This document shows, one piece after another, positions 26,044 through 32,000 of a stretch of 32,000 nucleotides of DNA. The stretch spans positions 156,894-188,893 of the forward strand of contig NZ_PQWO01000011.1 of NCBI RefSeq assembly GCF_003231495.1, in the 5' to 3' direction. A model generated the notes under the pieces. It searched no databases. It was not told the origin of the DNA and was given only the letters and a program-made list of their open reading frames with translations. This stretch comes from Acaryochloris thomasi RCC1774. GTDB taxonomy: Bacteria; Cyanobacteriota; Cyanobacteriia; Thermosynechococcales; Thermosynechococcaceae. Every line of letters begins with the position of its first letter. Position 1 is the stretch's first letter. Position numbers and translations under genes: made by a program.

Positions 26044-27237
26044 ATGTTTGACAAGAATGTAGCACTATTGTCTGAACCGGCTAGCGGCGATGCAGAAAAG
26101 CATGTTCAAATCTTGATGGTTGAAGATGACTATCAAGATGTTCAACTCTTAAAGGCCCTGTTGTCTCAGCAAGAGTATTGTTTAGATGCAATGACTCATG
26201 CTCAAAGTATCAGTGAAGCATTAGATTGTCTTCGATCTTCAGGTGATTCAATTGAACTGGTGATCCTTGATCTATCGCTGCCAGATGCTCAGGGGCTAGA
26301 CGCCTATCACAAGATCTGTTCAAGTTGCTCTGAAGTACCGATTATTATTCACAGCGGGAACATTGATGAATCTATTGCCATTGAGGCCGTCCAGCGAGGT
26401 GCTCAAGATTACCTCGTTAAGGGGAAATTTGATGGTCATCTGTTAGGTCGCACCATTCGCTATGCCCTTGAAAGACATCAACAGTATCTAGAATTGCAGT
26501 CTGAAAAACTGAAGCTTCAGGCCATAACAGCGGCTTTACAACACTCTAACCAACAGTTAGAAGTGACCAATCAAGCCCTTGAGCAACTCGCCACTATTGA
26601 CGAACTGACACAGATTTATAATCGACGTCGCTTTGATGAAGTGCTTTGGGCCGAGTGGCGTCGTCTGGCTCGCGAAGATTCGCCTCTGTCTTTGATTATG
26701 TGTGACGTAGACCATTTCAAAGCCTACAACGATACCTACGGTCATCCGGCAGGGGATGCTTGCCTGCAGCAGGTTGCAGCCGCGATTGCAAATATTGTCC
26801 AACGCCCTGCTGATTTGGTCGCTCGATATGGCGGCGAAGAGTTTGCCTTTATACTGCCCAATACAGACTTAAAAGGTGCCACCCACATTGCTAAAGATAT
26901 CCAAGCAGCTGTTCAGCGTCTAAACCTGCCTCACCTCGCATCTTCTACGGGTGATCAAGTGACGCTGAGCCTCGGAGTAGCAAGCATGATTCCTCATCAA
27001 GATGTTTCACCGGTTCAGCTTGTTGAGGCGGCTGATCGAGCACTTTATACTGCAAAGAGGCTCGGACGAAATCAGACTCAGGTTTCCCTCCCTGATTTGG
27101 AATCCGCAATCACAGAAGTCCGTCAGGCTTCTCATAAGGCAAAGGAGTTTTGTCAAACCTTGAAGCATGCTCGCTCTAGTCTGGCCCGATCTCTAGAACC
27201 TGCGAAGCAGCAGCGAGTGCCACAATTGAGATGGTAA
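26044..27237 (+). CDS. Response regulator receiver / coiled-coil / GGDEF diguanylate cyclase (PleD/WspR-like)
   Basis: REC domain (ILMVEDD...LVILDLSLPD...K). Coiled-coil linker. GGDEF domain with active site RYGGEEFAF and an RxxD I-site (RPAD) 5 residues upstream. Confidence 0.9.
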   Translation: MFDKNVALLSEPASGDAEKHVQILMVEDDYQDVQLLKALLSQQEYCLDAMTHAQSISEALDCLRSSGDSIELVILDLSLPDAQGLDAYHKICSSCSEVPIIIHSGNIDESIAIEAVQRGAQDYLVKGKFDGHLLGRTIRYALERHQQYLELQSEKLKLQAITAALQHSNQQLEVTNQALEQLATIDELTQIYNRRRFDEVLWAEWRRLAREDSPLSLIMCDVDHFKAYNDTYGHPAGDACLQQVAAAIANIVQRPADLVARYGGEEFAFILPNTDLKGATHIAKDIQAAVQRLNLPHLASSTGDQVTLSLGVASMIPHQDVSPVQLVEAADRALYTAKRLGRNQTQVSLPDLESAITEVRQASHKAKEFCQTLKHARSSLARSLEPAKQQRVPQLRW

Positions 27238-27300
27238 AAGGCCTAGATAGCCGACCGCAATAGCTCAAGGCTGAGGAGGTTTGATCAGTCAAGAAACTGT

Positions 27301-27579
27301 CTACTCTTCTTCTTCAGACCAAAGAAAGCTGATCCCCAGCGTGGCGAATCCGACTGCAGCGACTGCTTTCAGTAGTTGGGTCGGCAGAAACTGAGCTAGA
27401 CTTCCTCCCAAGACAACGCCTAAGAAACTAGCAAAGACCAGTGCTGAAGCCGTCCCCAGAAAGATCGCCCGCGGATGCCGACACTGACCGCTCAGGGTAA
27501 TGGCAGCAAGCTGGCTTTTGTCTCCCAATTCTGCAAGGAAGACAATAATGAAGCTCAGTCCCAATAAATTCCAATCCAT
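27301..27579 (-). CDS. UPF0016 (GDT1/TMEM165/PAM71-like) cation transporter, half-size subunit
   Basis: 92 aa, 3 TM helices, signature ELGDKSQL in TM1. Confidence 0.85.
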   Translation of the reverse strand: MDWNLLGLSFIIVFLAELGDKSQLAAITLSGQCRHPRAIFLGTASALVFASFLGVVLGGSLAQFLPTQLLKAVAAVGFATLGISFLWSEEEE

Positions 27580-27588
27580 AGCTTTGGC

Positions 27589-27984
27589 CTAAAGGTGAAC
27601 CGTATCCCAAATTAGCAGAACAGCAATGAATAACAGGCTTGCTCCTGTCGCTGTCTTCAAGGCTGCAGGTGAGAGATAGCGTGCCAGCCAGCGGCCGATC
27701 ACGACCCCCAATAAGCTGGTGGTAATCAAGGCTGCAGCGGCCCCGGCAAAGACAATCCAAGGCGACTGAGATTCTGCCGTTATTAGAAGTGTAGAAAGCT
27801 GTGTTTTGTCCCCTAGCTCCGCGAGAAAAATGGTGCCGAAGGCCATCAAAAACTCGCGACCAAAGCTCTTGGGGTCTTTGTCGCCTGATTCAACGGCCTC
27901 TGCCAGCATTTGTGGATCAGACTTTTGCAAATCGTCAGAGCCTGGGGATGAATTAGACGATCGTTGAGTTAGGGGATCACTCAC
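27589..27984 (-). CDS. UPF0016 (GDT1/TMEM165/PAM71-like) cation transporter, half-size subunit with hydrophilic N-extension
   Basis: Signature ELGDKTQL, 3 TM helices. GTG at 27984 or ATG at 27909 as start. Stop lies 9 nt before the next half-gene. Confidence 0.8.
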   Translation of the reverse strand: MSDPLTQRSSNSSPGSDDLQKSDPQMLAEAVESGDKDPKSFGREFLMAFGTIFLAELGDKTQLSTLLITAESQSPWIVFAGAAAALITTSLLGVVIGRWLARYLSPAALKTATGASLLFIAVLLIWDTVHL

Positions 27985-28038
27985 AAAGGAACTCTAGTTG
28001 CAGATACGTGAACTATTATGCCTGCGATGGGTCGTGCC

Positions 28039-28398
28039 TTAGCCAAGATCTAAACCGATGGCTTGCTCGAACTTAAGCCCTTCTAAGCTACGGTTGCCGT
28101 AAACGGCGTCAATTTGCTCACGACAACATGAGATCGCAAACTCATTCAAATCATCTGGGTCAATTCCGTACAGACGCTTAAAGGTCTCAGGCGTAACGCG
28201 ACAAAAGCCAGGACGCTCGGCATAAATACTGCATTTACGTTCGTCGTGATCGAAGTGAATACACCAGCCATCTGGCCCAATCAAACTTAGATATCGCTCG
28301 AATTCTTCCGCTGAGAGATACTCCTGAATATCAGGGCGCTCGCTCAAATCTAAATGACAGCAAGCACCACATCCTTGAATGCATGTCCAGGTCGCCAT
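28039..28398 (-). CDS. YkgJ family (UPF0153) cysteine-cluster, putative Zn/Fe-binding protein
   Basis: 119 aa. N-terminal CIQGCGACC cluster plus downstream Cys residues (WCIHF, KCSIY, FCRV) typical of the family. Confidence 0.8.
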   Translation of the reverse strand: MATWTCIQGCGACCHLDLSERPDIQEYLSAEEFERYLSLIGPDGWCIHFDHDERKCSIYAERPGFCRVTPETFKRLYGIDPDDLNEFAISCCREQIDAVYGNRSLEGLKFEQAIGLDLG

Positions 28399-28623
28399 GA
28401 TTGTTAACCTCTACAGTGCTGCAGTTACAGCAAGAAACAGTCGCTAAAGGACATCGACCGACGCACCCATTCAGTAGAAGGTTTAGCCCATAGCCCGTTA
28501 GAGATACCATAACTGATTCTGCTAACTCAACTCTTGTCAGAGAATTCCCTAGGTAGCGCCCCGCCAGCAGGTACAATGAAATTCTGGTTTATCCACGATC
28601 ATTGGGTCATCTTGGGAGGAAAA

Positions 28624-28746
28624 ATGGAACTTTTAATCTCTGCCGGTTTGCAGGAAACGGTCTTACAGCTGGCGTCTATCGTCTTTGTCGTAGTAGGCGG
28701 TCCCCTCATTATTGGGGCCATCGCTCTAGGCGGCGGCAAGCTTTAA
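28624..28746 (+). CDS. psb30: Photosystem II reaction centre protein Psb30 (Ycf12)-like, 40 aa
   Basis: MELLISAGLQETVLQLASIVFVVVGGPLIIGAIALGGGKL fits the Ycf12 pattern E..xQL(8-9 hydrophobic)GP.II...A...G.L-stop. GGGAGG lies 4 nt upstream of the ATG. It sits inside a longer 70-aa TTG ORF in the track. Confidence 0.55.
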   Translation: MELLISAGLQETVLQLASIVFVVVGGPLIIGAIALGGGKL

Positions 28747-31181
28747 ATTTGTTGAGCCACTTGACGGGCTGAGGAGCGATACCACTGCTCTAGCTGCTTG
28801 AGTTCCTGCTCTAGATCGCCCGTTTTTGGGAAGCTAGGGCAGGTATACCCAAGCTCCCGCATGATGGCAACTAACACGCTGGGTGATACCCACCATTTCT
28901 GCCCCAGCTCTAAAAGATTTACCCGATTCCCCATCGATTTAATCAGCTCGTATTTGAGGTGCGATCGCAACGCAGTCACCTCAGTCTCTCGAGGAAGCTT
29001 TCCGTGTATATAGACCCTCTGAGGTCGGCCCAGTGCCAGCAGCCACTTGAGATGAACGACTGAAGGTGGCAATGTCCATAACAGCAGTGTTTGGCAAGGC
29101 TGCGTGGGTCGATCGTATTCAATGCCCCCCTTGATCTGCTGTCGTGAAATATAGGGCCGCTGATCGCCATAGACTAGCAAATTCCCTTCAACCTGTAGCG
29201 ATTCCAGAGTCTCTAGCGAGTCCCAAGACGGTAACGGCAGCGGTTTGGATGGCTCAGCGCAAATCAATGTTGGCTCCTGCAGGGGCTGAGGGCAATCCTC
29301 TTCTGCCTCTTTGTCAGCATCTTCTACCGCTTGAGCCTCAGCAGGTCTAGATAAAAGCGCTTCTGGCTCCTCGCAGCGCTCGGGGGGCGGCACTCTTGAC
29401 ACCCGAGCGCCCAACAGCTCCAGTTCCAGAGTCTGCTCACCCCGCCAGTTGTTCTCCCGCAGTCGGTAGGCCACATCAATCCAGTCAGGAAGGGGATAGT
29501 ATTCTCCCCAGCGCCACGCCATCACCTGCTTGATCACTCGCTCTTCGGGGTTGCTGGCTTCAACCTGGGCCAGGGTTAACTTCAGGTGTGTTTTATCCGC
29601 TCCCACCTGACGCTGCTCTAGCACCCGAACCTGCGGTGTCCAAAAGACCGGCTCTCGATTGCCAATCCCGCAGGGGTGCAGTCGATCGATCTGATAAAAC
29701 AAGTCCCAGTTGATTTGAGAAAAGTTGGCCTGAGCATCAATCTGCACGAGTGGCTTCAAATGGTGGGGCTGCAGTTCTTCGTGGGCAAACTGACTGAGAC
29801 GCGATCGCAAAAATTCGAGCTGGTCCACCTGCATTGAAAAACCGCCTGCTGCTCGGTGCCCACCAAAACGTCCTAACAGATCTTCGCAGTACTGCAGCGC
29901 CGCAAACACGTCAAATTCTGGAATCCCGCGTGCCGATCCCCGAATGTGGGTACGGGCTTCGTCTTCATAGGTACCCAAAAAAACCGGGACTCCGTATCGC
30001 TCTACGAGGCGAGAGGCCACAATTCCAATAACGCCGTGGTGCCAACTTGGCTCCACTAACACCAGCACCCGCTGCTGCTGAGGACGATCGCCACTCTGCA
30101 AGCCCTCAACCAGCTCAATCGCAGATTGCTCAATCTCAGTACATAAGCGCTGTCGCTCCCGGTTAGCCTGCTCACACTGCATTGCCCGATCGAGAGCCGT
30201 GGCCCGATCATCAGTGGTCAACAGCTCAATCACCGTTTGTGGGTCCGCAATCCGGCCTACTGCATTGATCCGTGGCCCCAGTCGGAATCCGATCGCTTCT
30301 GGCTTCAACGTTTTCTGTTGACTTGGGTCGTTACAGCCCGCCACCTGAATCAGTGCCTGAACACCCGCTAACTTAGAGTGGGGCAACAGTTTCAGTCCTC
30401 GCTGCAGCCATCGGCGATTCACGCCCACCAAAGGAGCCAGATCAGCAATGGTGCCCAGGGTAAACAGCTCTAGCAAGGGGGCGATCAGAGCTTGGGACTT
30501 CTCCATCTTTTTCGCCAGTGAAACCGCCAAAATATAGGCCACACCTACCCCCGCTAAGCCCTGATAGGGAGAATCCATGCGGATCAGCTTTGGATTAAGA
30601 ATGGCGTTAGCGGGCGGTAGTTCTGGCGGTAGCTCATGGTGATCGGTGATGATTACATCGATACCTAGTTCTCTAGCCTTGGCGACTGGCTTAGGCGCAG
30701 CAATACCGTTGTCAACGGTCAAGATGAGCTTGACGCCATCTGCCGCACAGTCATCTACAATCCGCTCGTTAATGCCATACCCTTCGCTCATGCGGCTGGG
30801 AATTGCGTAATTGACTTGCCCCCCTAAGGCACCTAAGGCCCGCAGCAGCAAAGCTGTGCTGGTCATGCCGTCGGCATCATAGTCGCCGCAGATTATGATT
30901 TCTTTTTGGGTTGCGATCGCATCCTCTAAAAGCTCTAGACTCATTGTCAGATCCGGGAACTCCTCAACCGGATCGGGTAGAGATAGAGATTCCGGCTCTA
31001 GATAGGCTTGGGCCATCTCTGACGTCACAATACCTTGATTCACCAGCACCTGAGCCAGCAACGGGAACAACCCCGTACATTGCGCCACGTGCCCCACTTG
31101 CTCAACCTTCGGTGACGCGATTTGCCAACGCTGTTGCGGAAGCTTAGCCTCTCTCTCCTGTTGTTTTCCAGCCAGGGTCAT
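28743..31181 (-). CDS. recJ: Single-stranded-DNA-specific exonuclease RecJ with a long C-terminal extension
   Basis: 812 aa. DHH motifs ICGDYDADGMTS, TVDNG, ITDHHE. DHHA1 GGHRAAGG. About 215 extra C-terminal residues follow an acidic linker. Confidence 0.93.
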   Translation of the reverse strand: MTLAGKQQEREAKLPQQRWQIASPKVEQVGHVAQCTGLFPLLAQVLVNQGIVTSEMAQAYLEPESLSLPDPVEEFPDLTMSLELLEDAIATQKEIIICGDYDADGMTSTALLLRALGALGGQVNYAIPSRMSEGYGINERIVDDCAADGVKLILTVDNGIAAPKPVAKARELGIDVIITDHHELPPELPPANAILNPKLIRMDSPYQGLAGVGVAYILAVSLAKKMEKSQALIAPLLELFTLGTIADLAPLVGVNRRWLQRGLKLLPHSKLAGVQALIQVAGCNDPSQQKTLKPEAIGFRLGPRINAVGRIADPQTVIELLTTDDRATALDRAMQCEQANRERQRLCTEIEQSAIELVEGLQSGDRPQQQRVLVLVEPSWHHGVIGIVASRLVERYGVPVFLGTYEDEARTHIRGSARGIPEFDVFAALQYCEDLLGRFGGHRAAGGFSMQVDQLEFLRSRLSQFAHEELQPHHLKPLVQIDAQANFSQINWDLFYQIDRLHPCGIGNREPVFWTPQVRVLEQRQVGADKTHLKLTLAQVEASNPEERVIKQVMAWRWGEYYPLPDWIDVAYRLRENNWRGEQTLELELLGARVSRVPPPERCEEPEALLSRPAEAQAVEDADKEAEEDCPQPLQEPTLICAEPSKPLPLPSWDSLETLESLQVEGNLLVYGDQRPYISRQQIKGGIEYDRPTQPCQTLLLWTLPPSVVHLKWLLALGRPQRVYIHGKLPRETEVTALRSHLKYELIKSMGNRVNLLELGQKWWVSPSVLVAIMRELGYTCPSFPKTGDLEQELKQLEQWYRSSARQVAQQI

Positions 31182-31344
31182 AATTCTATGCTTGCTCCAG
31201 CCGCTTTTACCTGCATTACCGCCACATTAAACTGTAGAACTGCTTGTGATCATGACCTTTGTACTTTATGTATAGGAAACTTGTTATCCAGATCGCTCTA
31301 GCTAAACTAGGATTGATCTCTGATAGAGAAGAAAAGGCCGCGCT

Positions 31345-31734
31345 ATGTCGGATTCTGAGCAATCCTCTCCTCCTGAAGAGGAACTTAATATTGAGAAAGC
31401 TCTAGCTGAAGCAGAGACAGCGCTTAACGGTATCAGAGAGCGTTACCAGAACGTCCAAACAGCCCAGCAACAGCAGCCCCAACTTCAGGAACAGCTCCAA
31501 CAGCTCCGGGAGCAGAGCCAGGAATCTAGCAAAGAGCAGCCCGCTCATCAAGAAGCACAGCAAAAATTAGCAGAAGAGATCGCCAAAATTCAGCAACAGC
31601 TCGAAATAACCGAACTCACACTAGAAAGCCGTTTGTTCACTTGGCGCGATAAGCGCGATTGGTTCTGGCACTTCCTCCGCTTTGCAGGCATTGGGTTTGG
31701 AGCTGCTCTTCTGCTAAATTATCTAACCCGCTAG
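31345..31734 (+). CDS. Hypothetical Q/E-rich coiled-coil protein with C-terminal TM anchor
   Basis: 129-aa ORF. Heptad-like Q/E/L-rich region, then WFWHFLRFAGIGFGAALLLNYL. No family recognised. Confidence 0.6.
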   Translation: MSDSEQSSPPEEELNIEKALAEAETALNGIRERYQNVQTAQQQQPQLQEQLQQLREQSQESSKEQPAHQEAQQKLAEEIAKIQQQLEITELTLESRLFTWRDKRDWFWHFLRFAGIGFGAALLLNYLTR

Positions 31735-31781
31735 TTTGTAGTGTTGGCGGAGACTCCCATGCAAGATTCGTAAATCCCAGC

Positions 31782-31810
31782 TTTACAAAAGTAAATAATT
31801 GCGCTATATT
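31782..31810 (+). promoter_or_regulatory. Candidate psbA promoter: TTTACA, 17 nt, TATATT
   Basis: TTTACA at 31782-31787 and TATATT at 31805-31810 with exactly 17-nt spacing, about 67 nt upstream of the psbA ATG in an AT-rich region. Confidence 0.5.
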
Positions 31811-31876
31811 AAATACAGTTACTTAGCCAACTCGGTTACTTGACTAATTTATAACTTACATAACGCAATTATCATT

Positions 31877-32000
31877 ATGACAACCGTTCTACAACGTCGC
31901 GAAAGCGGCAGCGCCTGGGAGCGCTTTTGTAGCTGGATCACAAGCACCGACAACCGTTTATACATCGGTTGGTTCGGCGTCTTGATGATTCCTACGCTCC
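31877..32000 (+). CDS. psbA: Photosystem II protein D1 (PsbA), 5' partial; runs off the window
   Basis: My own translation is [41 protein letters not shown], a canonical D1 N-terminus. It is absent from the ORF track because it is truncated by the window end. Confidence 0.93.
   Translation, partial: MTTVLQRRESGSAWERFCSWITSTDNRLYIGWFGVLMIPTL

Larger units (their letters stand above)
1644..30920. repeat. HIP1 (highly iterated palindrome GCGATCGC), 19 dispersed exact copies
   Basis: Hand scan found copies starting at 1644, 3966, 4848, 8232, 9953, 10156, 11380, 12130, 12631, 12841, 16300, 18923, 21020, 21984, 22818, 25527, 28961, 29801 and 30913. Fewer than one is expected by chance. I may have missed some. 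Confidence 0.85.

Noticed and set aside
27985-28038. yybP-ykoY Mn riboswitch upstream of the UPF0016 genes
   Set aside because: The gap is only 54 nt and shows no four-way-junction-like pairing. It is too short for this riboswitch class.
31230-31260. LexA-box-like GTAC...GTAT string in the recJ upstream region
   Set aside because: It does not fit the RGTACNNNDGTWCB consensus, as I remember it, in either orientation.
1-32000. tRNA, rRNA, tmRNA, RNase P RNA, 6S RNA and Yfr1-type sRNA
   Set aside because: A scan by eye found no T-loop (GGTTCGAATCC-like) sequence in a cloverleaf context, no rRNA-like conserved tract and no Yfr1 ACTCCTCACAC core. Without tools this is a weak negative.

Overview
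This is a cyanobacterial chromosomal segment. By eye I counted 19 exact copies of the HIP1 octamer GCGATCGC, and the window carries ycf3, a psb30-like gene, the 5' end of psbA and two plant-type ferredoxins. Most of it is ordinary housekeeping DNA. Core genes: recF, an RNase D-like exonuclease, two tandem petF-type ferredoxins, moaA, gatC, ycf3, a gpt-like phosphoribosyltransferase divergent from purL-purF, and recJ. Membrane or accessory genes: an ArnT-like glycosyltransferase, a MOSC protein, an orphan family-5 substrate-binding lipoprotein, a CPBP protease, a SpoIIM-like protein, a TMEM14 protein, a split UPF0016 pair, a YkgJ cysteine-cluster protein and a response-regulator diguanylate cyclase. 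I found no tRNA, rRNA, CRISPR array, prophage, IS element with visible ends, defence island or biosynthetic cluster. I cannot honestly name a multi-gene novel system here. The stretches that deserve a second look are: (1) a decayed Cu/Zn superoxide dismutase relic hidden inside two hypothetical ORFs; (2) an AT-rich secreted protein of about 16 leucine-rich repeats wedged between core genes; (3) a ribbon-helix-helix gene with a long repeat- and hairpin-containing leader, bracketed together with a TMEM14 gene by two near-identical 14-15 nt hairpin motifs; (4) a second ferredoxin paralogue directly upstream of the radical-SAM gene moaA; (5) a UPF0016 cation transporter split into two half-genes behind a YkgJ-type gene; (6) a frameshifted TPR gene; and (7) small tandem duplications at the gatC start codon and upstream of recF. 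All protein assignments rest on motif recognition by eye. No database search was run.
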